A stretch of DNA of 64,000 nucleotides from Lachnospiraceae bacterium. Lineage in GTDB: Bacteria; Bacillota; Clostridia; Lachnospirales; Lachnospiraceae. The DNA is taken from assembly GCA_051877855.1 (NCBI GenBank), contig JBJEJH010000052.1:1041-65040 (forward strand). Reading direction: 5' to 3'. The translations under genes were made by a program, and so were the position numbers. Below, piece by piece: positions 1 to 7,897 of the stretch. The notes below the pieces were generated by a model, which saw only the letters and a list, made by a program, of their open reading frames with translations, was not told the origin of the DNA and searched no databases. Position 1 is the stretch's first letter; each line of letters starts with the position of its first letter.

Positions 1-464
1 AAGAAACTGCCAAAAAGTGCACTGACCAGATCCGGAAAAAGGGACAAAATCACAAACATACATAAACACCCTAACATGATGCCGATGTTTTTAATCACCG
101 TTTTTACCTTACGCATTGCCTCATCTTGATCTGTTTCAACGGAGGGTCTGTCATTTTTTCGAAGCAGACGTTTTTGATTGACGATCTCACTTTTTAACTT
201 AAGGTATAATTCATTAACAGCGTATGCCTCATCCCAGCCACGATATCTTATCGCCCGCTCTCCGTTACCTTTATTCTTATAAACAACGAACTCACCCGTA
301 TCCCGGTCTTCATATATACCAAACGCCCTTGGTTCCCCGATGTCCTTACCAATAAAAAATCTGGTCTCATTTTCCGGCGGCAGATTACGGCTCTTATACC
401 ACTCCTTCAATTCAGCAATTGTTTTTGGGGGTTGATTCCCGCAAGAATCACTCTTACTCTTCAT
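1..464 (-). CDS. hypothetical protein with a C-terminal hydrophobic segment (partial; continues past the left edge)
   Basis: Manual translation of the minus strand from the ATG at 464..462 gives MKSKSDSCGNQPPKTIAELKEWYKSRNLPPENETRFFIGKD...IMLGCLCMFVILSLFP. It stays open to position 1. It is absent from the ORF track because it has no stop inside the window. Confidence 0.4.
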   Translation of the reverse strand, partial: MKSKSDSCGNQPPKTIAELKEWYKSRNLPPENETRFFIGKDIGEPRAFGIYEDRDTGEFVVYKNKGNGERAIRYRGWDEAYAVNELYLKLKSEIVNQKRLLRKNDRPSVETDQDEAMRKVKTVIKNIGIMLGCLCMFVILSLFPDLVSALFGSF

Positions 465-586
465 AAATCCTATCTTTATCCTCGTAATTCTATTAAATCT
501 TTTTAAAAAATGCCAATGTCATCCTTTATTTCTATAGATCCGAATTTCCTTCCTAGATTATACCATACCACCATTCCTTTTCCAAT

Positions 587-611
587 AAAAAAGCACCCAC
601 GACGTGAGTGC
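587..611 (-). terminator. intrinsic terminator after the nitroreductase-like gene
   Basis: On the minus strand, GCACUCAC-GUC-GUGGGUGC hairpin (593..611) followed by a U-run (587..592). Confidence 0.6.
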
Positions 612-650
612 AATTCTATTATATCTCTCGATTTCTTTATTCTTTTTCCA

Positions 651-1169
651 TCAATCCACCTTGTGTCCGGAAACCGCTTCAAAATGATATTTTACAATTC
701 CAAGATCAATTTTAGAATAAAATCCTCCGGTGGCAACAGCTTCTACTCGATCTCCATTTAAGATAAATTTGAACTTCTGCTGATTCATTGCCGTCGGAGC
801 CAGCATGACCGCCTCCATTCCTTTTTCAAACCATTCCGGCACTCCATCCGTCTGATTACATACCTCAGACAACGGCTTACTCTTATGTTCCACACCCTGA
901 TTCGCACCATATCCCAAAGAAAGGATAATAGCTAATTTTTCACCATAATAACCGGCTTTTTCATCCAAATCCTTGTTCTTCTTCCCTACAATAGCAATAT
1001 AATTCGTACAACCGGAAAACTTTCCATAATGCGCCATCATAGAATCAAAACATTTCGGCTCATCATAAATCACCTGGATGTTCATATCCCCTTCCTCATT
1101 ACACGCTTTCGCCAATTCGTAAAGAAAATCGAGACGAATGAACTTTCTTCGGCAAATTTTATTATTCAT
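651..1169 (-). CDS. nitroreductase-family protein (TM1586-like)
   Basis: N-terminal CRRKF and LAPTAMNQQKFKF match the nitroreductase RRSxRxF and APSxxNxQPWxF signatures. The start overlaps the upstream gene by 8 nt. Confidence 0.55.
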   Translation of the reverse strand: MNNKICRRKFIRLDFLYELAKACNEEGDMNIQVIYDEPKCFDSMMAHYGKFSGCTNYIAIVGKKNKDLDEKAGYYGEKLAIILSLGYGANQGVEHKSKPLSEVCNQTDGVPEWFEKGMEAVMLAPTAMNQQKFKFILNGDRVEAVATGGFYSKIDLGIVKYHFEAVSGHKVD

Positions 1170-1854
1170 TTGGATAACAGTTTATTACCTCATATACATA
1201 ATACCCTTTATCATCATTAAAATACTCCTGCAGGGTTGAATACCGACCTGCAGGGTCATTTATATAAATTGTATCCTGGTTATATCCATATGCTACTACA
1301 AAATGTGTATCCTCAGCACCTCTAAGTCCAATAATGGCAGGTCTGGCAGCATTAATCAATCCGATTATTTCAGATATGTATTCATCCGATGTTTTTCCTT
1401 CAATGACTGCACAGCTCACATTATAATGTTCTCCTGCATGATTCCAGTCAACCCCATCGGGATAGTTTCCCATAGTTTGAAGCACCGTCAATGGCGTATG
1501 TGATGCTCCTTTATAATACTTCATCACCATTGCAAAACTGGTCACTTCACTTCCGGCATACTGCATTGTGGAATCACCCAGAGGTTCATCTTTCCATCTG
1601 GAATCCATCTGCGTATAAAGGCTTACATTCAAATAACTTGATCCGCCTTTTATTCCTGCGTTGTTACCCGGTTCAATAAGCTTCTCTACATCTTCATCAT
1701 TCATTTTCTGAAGTGTATAGTCATCACTAATTTCAGCAGAAGTTTCGTCAATATCAGAACTGCCCTCATCCATGTTAACAGCACTGACACCACAACCACA
1801 CATACATGCAAGCAATGCAATGATGTATATACCTGTCCAAATATATTTCTACAT
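1162..1854 (-). CDS. C39-like peptidase-fold lipoprotein; in-frame TAG at codon 2, so possibly a pseudogene
   Basis: The tracked ORF (1162..1815, TTG start) has a Q...GSEVTSFAMVMKYY...THFVVAYGY...NDP layout typical of Peptidase_C39_2-like domains. Upstream and in frame lie GGTGGAG, ATG (1854..1852), TAG (1851..1849), then KYIWTGIYIIALLAC, a lipoprotein signal with a lipobox. Confidence 0.55.
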
Positions 1855-1906
1855 TATTCTCCACCCCATTCTTCCATTTTTTTTCTTATAGCTATTTGCA
1901 AATACC

Positions 1907-2302
1907 TTAATTCACAACAGTTACATGACCATGTTGCACATCGCCATATATATCAACTGAAAAATATATGTAAAAAGAGTATACTACATTACCTGTACTA
2001 TCAACTATATCAAAATATTGTCTTGAAACTGATTCCACTGTATCTTGATATCCAGGCACATTCTCACCCTCCACAGCATAATACTCGGCACTTATTTGCC
2101 CTGCATTAGTTGAATCTATAGTAGTACATGACCAGTTCCCATCTGAATATTCAAAACTGCAATTAACTTTTATTAAAGCATAATTATCTGTACAAAATAA
2201 TATTGTTTCTGTAAAAGTATAAGGTCTTTCATATGCATATACATGTATATTAAACAGCAAAATACTTATCATAAGAGTTATAAAACATAATACCTTTTTC
2301 AA
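1907..2302 (-). CDS. small secreted protein, unknown function
   Basis: 131 aa with N-terminal signal peptide MKKVLCFITLMISILLFNIHVYA. The mature part is beta-rich and contains Cys residues. Tightly packed in the operon. Confidence 0.6.
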   Translation of the reverse strand: MKKVLCFITLMISILLFNIHVYAYERPYTFTETILFCTDNYALIKVNCSFEYSDGNWSCTTIDSTNAGQISAEYYAVEGENVPGYQDTVESVSRQYFDIVDSTGNVVYSFYIYFSVDIYGDVQHGHVTVVN

Positions 2303-2307
2303 TATGA

Positions 2308-3264
2308 TTACCTCTCAAATAATTTATCAATTTGTTCATAATTTCTAGAAAAGATAGTCTGTTGTTCCACGTCTGTAAATATAGAATCTGTCATTTCCAG
2401 AAATTCCTTATATCCAATATTAAAATCAGTAACAAAATTTACAATATTAAATTGTGATAATGAACGCTCCGGCGATACATTTTCATTCACAAATAAACTT
2501 ACATATTTCTCATAATCTTCATCTGATACAAATTTATGAACGGAATCCGGTATGCCATACAATTCAAGATGATCTATGAACTTTATAATTGATTTATAGT
2601 TTTCTAAATCAACGTTAAGATTTTGCTGTTTCATCTGATATGCAACCTGCAAAGAAGGAGCAATCAAAAATTCATCATCCCACTTAGACAAACATTCTAA
2701 TAAAATAGATTCCGTAATTCCGACATCAATATAATCTGACCATGTATGAGTCGCAAACCATTCCGGCGAATAAATTTGTTTATTAATCACAACTGCATAC
2801 GGATTGACAAATGCTTCATCTATTTTATCTTGTTCATTTGAGAAAAACGCATCTATTTGCTCCTTAGAATACGTTATACCTAATACCTTGTCGACAGTTT
2901 CCCTGTCTAAATGAAAGAATTCAATAAAATCAGCCTGTAAACAAATATCCCAGCTTTTTTTTCCCTCAGAAAAACTATCGACCCATTTTTGATATTCTTC
3001 ATCGGAAACTAAATTGCATAATGCAGTATCCATGCCATAGTATAATAATTCATATTTTCCGCCAAAATCACTCATATTAGCGCCACCAATATTCTCTTCA
3101 TAATTGAAAATCGAATAGGCTTCTTCAACTTTAACGACCTCCGGCATCTCAGACATATTTATTGAATGCTCGGTTTCCTTATATCCTGTAGATGCAACAC
3201 TCTTATCTGCACACCCTGATAATATCATCACACAACTTACAATAAAAAATATCTTTTTATTCAT
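2308..3264 (-). CDS. lipoprotein with an internal duplication, unknown function
   Basis: Signal peptide plus lipobox (MILSGC). Two related acidic modules are visible: VSDEEYQKWVDSF... and VSDEDYEKYVSLF... Confidence 0.65.
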   Translation of the reverse strand: MNKKIFFIVSCVMILSGCADKSVASTGYKETEHSINMSEMPEVVKVEEAYSIFNYEENIGGANMSDFGGKYELLYYGMDTALCNLVSDEEYQKWVDSFSEGKKSWDICLQADFIEFFHLDRETVDKVLGITYSKEQIDAFFSNEQDKIDEAFVNPYAVVINKQIYSPEWFATHTWSDYIDVGITESILLECLSKWDDEFLIAPSLQVAYQMKQQNLNVDLENYKSIIKFIDHLELYGIPDSVHKFVSDEDYEKYVSLFVNENVSPERSLSQFNIVNFVTDFNIGYKEFLEMTDSIFTDVEQQTIFSRNYEQIDKLFER

Positions 3265-3281
3265 ATCCTATCTCCTCCCTC

Positions 3282-3953
3282 TTAAAACTCAAAACTAACA
3301 TTAGAAAAAAATCTTAATGGATTTACAGTTTGATTTAGTGAAGGAACATCACTATTATACGGATTCATATCAATATGTAAATGAGGGCCCGTGGAGCCAC
3401 CAGTAGTGCCGACATATCCAACGGTATCTCCCTGAGATATTGCCTCACCAGCCACCCATGTTGGCGAATTTTTCATATGCAAATATCTGACTTTTATATT
3501 TTGATTTGTTCCTGAATACACTGCATTAAGCTGTACCACCACATAATTTCCGGCTCCCCCATTATCATTGGTAACATTACCGGCTGAATCATATACAACT
3601 TTTTTTGACACAGTCACCGTACCACCATATATCTGATTTATAGATGCTCCATCAATAGGATAATATGCTGAATTGCTAATAATATCAATACCTTTATGAT
3701 CCTCTCGGCCTGCCACTTTATAACCCGATGATATTTTAATATGATGACTTGTATCTGAAAATACATAGATACAATTTAATTCGTTAAAATCATCCACGGT
3801 TCTAATTCTTGCAGTTATCTGATTTTCAGATTCTATTTGCACATTTAACCTATTGATTTCGTTCATATTAATTTCTTCTGCAATAGTAGATTTTGTTAGC
3901 CCTAATATCAAAAACTCAAACATTATCCCAAACACAATTGTTTTATACTTCAT
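3282..3953 (-). CDS. secreted M23-family (LytM/lysostaphin-type) metallopeptidase
   Basis: Signal peptide, HKGID (HxxxD), YLHM and GPHLHIDM (HxH) motifs. Start set at the ATG at 3953, which is preceded by GGGAGG. Confidence 0.85.
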   Translation of the reverse strand: MKYKTIVFGIMFEFLILGLTKSTIAEEINMNEINRLNVQIESENQITARIRTVDDFNELNCIYVFSDTSHHIKISSGYKVAGREDHKGIDIISNSAYYPIDGASINQIYGGTVTVSKKVVYDSAGNVTNDNGGAGNYVVVQLNAVYSGTNQNIKVRYLHMKNSPTWVAGEAISQGDTVGYVGTTGGSTGPHLHIDMNPYNSDVPSLNQTVNPLRFFSNVSFEF

Positions 3954-4172
3954 ATTAAATCCTCCCATTCTCTAAAGTACATATTTTCTCTCATCAAATA
4001 CAATTTCTATATCTCCCATATCCTTATAACAACATTAGATAGCTGTCAAAATGCTGAATCAAAACTGTAAACATTCCTGTTTTATAACTATTTCATCTGC
4101 TTTTTATTTATTCAAATTCACATCTCCCCTTCATCACGTCAATTGCTGATACATTTCCCATCACCACCTTTT

Positions 4173-4194
4173 AATTAAAACTACGTTTGTAGTT
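4173..4194. promoter_or_regulatory. putative BlaI-type operator upstream of the M23 operon
   Basis: AATTAAAACTACGTTTGTAGTT contains the perfect dyad ACTAC-N4-GTAGT. It is near-identical to the sequence next to the -10 of the blaI-like promoter at 6058..6078. Confidence 0.5.
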
Positions 4195-4207
4195 TGTTTT
4201 CTTTATA

Positions 4208-4230
4208 TTTAAAGGGATAAAAATCCCTCT
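4208..4230 (-). terminator. intrinsic terminator after the blaR1-like gene
   Basis: Minus strand GAGGGAU-UUUU-AUCCCU followed by UUUAAAU, about 30 nt after the TAG stop at 4262. Confidence 0.55.
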
Positions 4231-4261
4231 AAATTATTCCACAATAAATACATGCTATCTT

Positions 4262-5647
4262 CTAATTAAAATATGTAGCATTTCCTTCCACTTCCATCGT
4301 CTTACTACTAACGTTTTCCACATAAACTGTATATCTTCCTTGCGTCGATATAGTAAAACTGCGAGTTAAATTGCCGTTTCCTTCATAATAAGTTAGTTCT
4401 TCAGTAGCTTCATTCTTAATTCCAATCCGGTATGTTACACTGCTATCCTTACAGTTCGCCCCTATCGATATACTGTCTCCTTCAAACATGTACCGATATC
4501 CATACAGTACTCTTGTAGACGGATGAATTGTACAATCTAAGGTAACAATTGATGAATATGCTTCGATATCCGATGTCAAATCAATTTCAGTCACGCTGTC
4601 ATCCGCCATGGCATACTGTAAGACGGATGGATCGGCATAATCAATGGGTTCCACCCTAACCGCATGCTCCGTAGAATGAATCCATTGATCCTGCAGGTCT
4701 GCCGCTTTAACTGATACAATCCCCGCAGGCAGGATTGCTGCCACAGTAAGTGCAAAACAACTGCACAATGTTACAATTTTCCTGCCTTTCTTAATTTCTT
4801 TTGATTTTAACATAATTTTTATCCTCCAATATATTTTATTCTTGGACTCACACAGGGCAGTCATGGATTCCTTCATCATTGGATTGTCATCCAGACCGGC
4901 AAGAAACGCCCCATACTCCTGCCGGGTAAAAAACGGATTGCCCACTCCTGATTTGCAGTCACACACGACTTCTTCCAAAAATACCAACCGGTTCCAAACC
5001 AGATACGCAACCGGATTAAACCAGTGCATCCATGTGATAACCAGTCCGACCTTCTTCCACAAAAGATCCCGGCTCTTTATATGATTCATTTCATGTTCCA
5101 GAACAATCCGCATCTGCTTATCGTCATAATCACAAAATGGCAGGATAATTTTCGGATGAGAAATTCCGATGCTGATTGGTGAAATCAGCATATCATTCTG
5201 TAAAAGTTCCACGTCAGGTACTGAGAATCTTTCCTTATACTCTCCAAAAATCTTAAGCCACTCTGGGTTGATTACCTCAACATTTCCCTTTAACATATTG
5301 CGTAATTTAAAGCTCCTGTATACCATCCGGATAACCTGTACCAGACACCCTATCGCCCATACAGTAAAAAATACATAAAACCATCGCCTTACTACCGGCG
5401 TGGCGCCTATCCAGAATTCTCCAATCAGGAGCCATCTTCCCTTGGAATATCTCACTCTCATGCAAACGAGAGCAGCATAGACCAATGGAAAACAGAATAA
5501 AAGCATTACTGCTTTTATTAAGTTCAACATCTGAAACGGATTCTGCTTTTTGGAAATTTTCCAGTAAATTTCTGCTATGACAAATCCAAAAATACCTGTG
5601 ACACTCAATGTTCCTATGCAGAAAATGATGCGCCTAATCTCTTCCAT
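4262..5647 (-). CDS. BlaR1/MecR1-like M56 peptidase signal transducer with a non-PBP sensor domain
   Basis: Multiple N-terminal TM helices and a LEHEMNHIKSRD (HExxH) motif. The C-terminal domain of about 150 aa after the last TM is beta-rich and shows no SxxK motif. Overlaps the blaI-like gene by 14 nt. Confidence 0.8.
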   Translation of the reverse strand: MEEIRRIIFCIGTLSVTGIFGFVIAEIYWKISKKQNPFQMLNLIKAVMLLFCFPLVYAALVCMRVRYSKGRWLLIGEFWIGATPVVRRWFYVFFTVWAIGCLVQVIRMVYRSFKLRNMLKGNVEVINPEWLKIFGEYKERFSVPDVELLQNDMLISPISIGISHPKIILPFCDYDDKQMRIVLEHEMNHIKSRDLLWKKVGLVITWMHWFNPVAYLVWNRLVFLEEVVCDCKSGVGNPFFTRQEYGAFLAGLDDNPMMKESMTALCESKNKIYWRIKIMLKSKEIKKGRKIVTLCSCFALTVAAILPAGIVSVKAADLQDQWIHSTEHAVRVEPIDYADPSVLQYAMADDSVTEIDLTSDIEAYSSIVTLDCTIHPSTRVLYGYRYMFEGDSISIGANCKDSSVTYRIGIKNEATEELTYYEGNGNLTRSFTISTQGRYTVYVENVSSKTMEVEGNATYFN

Positions 5648-6044
5648 CCAGTAATCTCCTTATGCTCTCTTTTTCGTCCTCCGTCAGTTTTCTTTCTTCC
5701 GAAAAGGCTGACAGTAATGCCTCTATCCTTCCTCCGCTCCAGGAATCCACACATTTCACAATCTCACGTTTTCCATATTCATTCTCTGTAAGAGTCGGAT
5801 AATAATAGAACTGACGGCCTTTCCGTTCCATGGTAAGATAGCCCTTTCTGACAAGCCGTGCAAGGAATGTGGATACCGTCTGGGTTTTCCAGTCCCTTCC
5901 AAACTTACGGTTTACCTGCTCCGTAACTTCCCTGAGCGACAAAACCTCTGCACTTTCCCAGATAGTCTTCATCACCAGAACTTCACAATCGGTCATCCCC
6001 TGTTCTTCTATTTTTTCTTTATTTCCTTCCGTCTGTCTTTTCAT
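5634..6044 (-). CDS. BlaI/MecI/CopY-family winged-helix transcriptional repressor
   Basis: EVLVMKTIW...REV...W..QTVSTFLARLVRKGYL...YYYP is the Penicillinase_R pattern. Start set at the ATG at 6044, preceded by TGGAG. Confidence 0.85.
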   Translation of the reverse strand: MKRQTEGNKEKIEEQGMTDCEVLVMKTIWESAEVLSLREVTEQVNRKFGRDWKTQTVSTFLARLVRKGYLTMERKGRQFYYYPTLTENEYGKREIVKCVDSWSGGRIEALLSAFSEERKLTEDEKESIRRLLDGRD

Positions 6045-6057
6045 GGGCACTCCAATC

Positions 6058-6107
6058 AATTAAATTACTTTTGTAGTTATATTATCATATAGCAATGAAT
6101 TATGCAA
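6058..6107 (-). promoter_or_regulatory. blaI-blaR1 promoter with an adjacent operator
   Basis: Minus strand: TTGCAT (6107..6102), 17 nt, TAATAT (6084..6079). The operator-like AACTACAAAAGTAATTTAATT (6078..6058) follows directly. Confidence 0.55.
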
Positions 6108-6146
6108 GTTTATTTAGTCTCCCTGCTGCACTCCCTGCTGCACACA

Positions 6147-6180
6147 GAACAAACGCCCTGCATTACCAGGGCGTTTGTTC
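6147..6180 (-). terminator. intrinsic terminator after the XRE-family gene
   Basis: 14-bp GC-rich stem GAACAAACGCCCTG / CAGGGCGTTTGTTC with a 6-nt loop, immediately after the stop at 6205. Confidence 0.7.
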
Positions 6181-6204
6181 TTGTAATGTATTTCTGAAAT
6201 TTTT

Positions 6205-6867
6205 CTACTCCAATCTCTTGGAAATCGGAATCAGTATTATGTATATTAATAATCCATAGACCATCGACAGTAATGCCACTGCCAAATTACTTCCTATCGT
6301 TTCCGGTGTGTCGCAGGAATGTAATACGATAACCAACGCAAATACCGCTACAAACACCCCTGCCGGAACAATTACTTTCTTAATCAGATCAACCACATTT
6401 TTCTTTCCCTTTACTCCGGAACCAATCAAACACGCAACCACAATGAGTGCAAGAATAATCAATGACGGGAGGTCTATAAAGTAACTAATAATACTTAAAT
6501 TAAATCCGCTGCACATCAGAATCAACGTGATTACTGATAACACTCCCAGAATACTGCCCAGAATAATCTGAACCCTATTCGATTTTTTGCTTTCCACATT
6601 TTCTTTCAATAGATTCATCATATTTTCCTCCGCTCGATCAGAATATGTACTCGGAGATAATTTTTCACCGGAAAGAAGTTCATTCACCGTAATATTCAAT
6701 GTTTTACAGAGCATATCCATGGAGGAAAGATCCGGCAGTCCGTTACCGGTCTCCCATTTTGATACCGTCTTATCGCTGATTCCGATGCGATCCGCCAGTT
6801 CCTTCTGTGTTAATCCCAATTCCTTTCGCATTGTCTGGATAAATGTCCCAATCTTTGCCTGATCCAT
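6205..6867 (-). CDS. membrane-anchored XRE-family (HTH_3) transcriptional regulator
   Basis: N-terminal IQTMRKELGLTQKELADRIGISDKTVSKWETG helix-turn-helix. The C-terminal half has several hydrophobic helices. Start at the ATG at 6867 after GGAGG. Confidence 0.8.
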   Translation of the reverse strand: MDQAKIGTFIQTMRKELGLTQKELADRIGISDKTVSKWETGNGLPDLSSMDMLCKTLNITVNELLSGEKLSPSTYSDRAEENMMNLLKENVESKKSNRVQIILGSILGVLSVITLILMCSGFNLSIISYFIDLPSLIILALIVVACLIGSGVKGKKNVVDLIKKVIVPAGVFVAVFALVIVLHSCDTPETIGSNLAVALLSMVYGLLIYIILIPISKRLE

Positions 6868-6992
6868 AATTACCTCCAAATTAATCCTATGTTCTATAAA
6901 TCTGCATGCATCTTTATAGTTCTATCATAGCAGATTTCACCGAAAGAGCACTCCACAAGCCGTAGAATGCCTCTACAAATATTCTTATGACT

Positions 6993-7814
6993 CTACTCTC
7001 TGTTGAGGAAAGTCTTAATCTCTTCCATTGCATTCTTAAATTTGTCCGAATGTGCCGTTGGATGTGCAGACAGGAATCTTCTTATCATTCGGAAATCTCG
7101 TTTTAGAATTTGCTCCTTATGGTAACTCATCTTTCCCTCAAATTCCACTTTCATCTCATGCAGTTCCTCTTTCTTCTGAATAATTTCCTCATCCAGAATT
7201 GCTATTTTCTCATCGACACGTTCCTTGATATGCTCTGTAATGTGCTCCGCTTCCGCTTTCGCCTTTTCGATATATATCAACAGGTCTCGTAACTCGAAGG
7301 CCTCCTTCATAGAAACCGCAAGATCCGCTGCAAAATAAATGGTTATACCAAAGGAAAGTATTTCCTCCGGATACCCGCCCCACAAATTCTCCACTTTCAA
7401 AAAAAACTGTTCAATCGGAGGATGGATTACCTGAACCAGGAAAATAACAAAAAATCCCCAGGCAATCGTGGAGGAAAGGCAAATATGTCCCTGAAACTGA
7501 AATTTCTGGTTACTGTAATCCCAATAACGAACCTTAAACAACGCTTCCATCACTACACCGGTAACATATTCCAGCAGTGTTGCCGACAAGGCACCCACAA
7601 TATACATCATCACATAATGATCCCGCACCGGAATCGTCACGAACAGTGCTATGATTGCACCAAAACCGTAAATTGGAAGAACCGGACCATGCATAAATCC
7701 TCGATTCACCCATTTTCTTTTTCTTGCAGACACATAGCAGGATTCAAAGATCCATCCAAAAAAACAGTATGTATAGAAAAATAGCAGCCACTGCCTTAAC
7801 GTGTATGTGTACAT
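6993..7814 (-). CDS. CmpB-like membrane protein ('putative ABC-transporter type IV' family) with a coiled-coil tail
   Basis: FFYTYCFFGWIFESCYVS...GPVLPIYGFGA resembles the PF06541-type family. The C-terminus is charged and helical. Confidence 0.55.
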   Translation of the reverse strand: MYTYTLRQWLLFFYTYCFFGWIFESCYVSARKRKWVNRGFMHGPVLPIYGFGAIIALFVTIPVRDHYVMMYIVGALSATLLEYVTGVVMEALFKVRYWDYSNQKFQFQGHICLSSTIAWGFFVIFLVQVIHPPIEQFFLKVENLWGGYPEEILSFGITIYFAADLAVSMKEAFELRDLLIYIEKAKAEAEHITEHIKERVDEKIAILDEEIIQKKEELHEMKVEFEGKMSYHKEQILKRDFRMIRRFLSAHPTAHSDKFKNAMEEIKTFLNRE

Positions 7815-7897
7815 TCTAATCACTCCCTCGTTCTAAAATGCCCACCTCGGACGCTCTGTCCGAAATGGGCACATTGTTTTTCCAAAAACCAATTCTG

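Noticed and set aside
1849-1851. TAG reassignment or pyrrolysine decoding as an explanation for the amber codon at codon 2.
   Set aside because: TAG is the stop codon of several well-supported genes here: blaR1-like at 4262, XRE at 6205, SpoIID at 20175 and DUF819 at 39772. All are followed by intergenic or terminator sequence. No pyl genes were seen.
6147-6180. Similarity between the terminator hairpins at 6147..6180 and 10518..10548; both read AAACGCCC(T/G)GCATTACC(A)GGGCG.
   Set aside because: The similarity is limited to a GC-rich stem and loop of about 25 nt. Both behave as ordinary intrinsic terminators, and two copies are not enough to call a repeat family.
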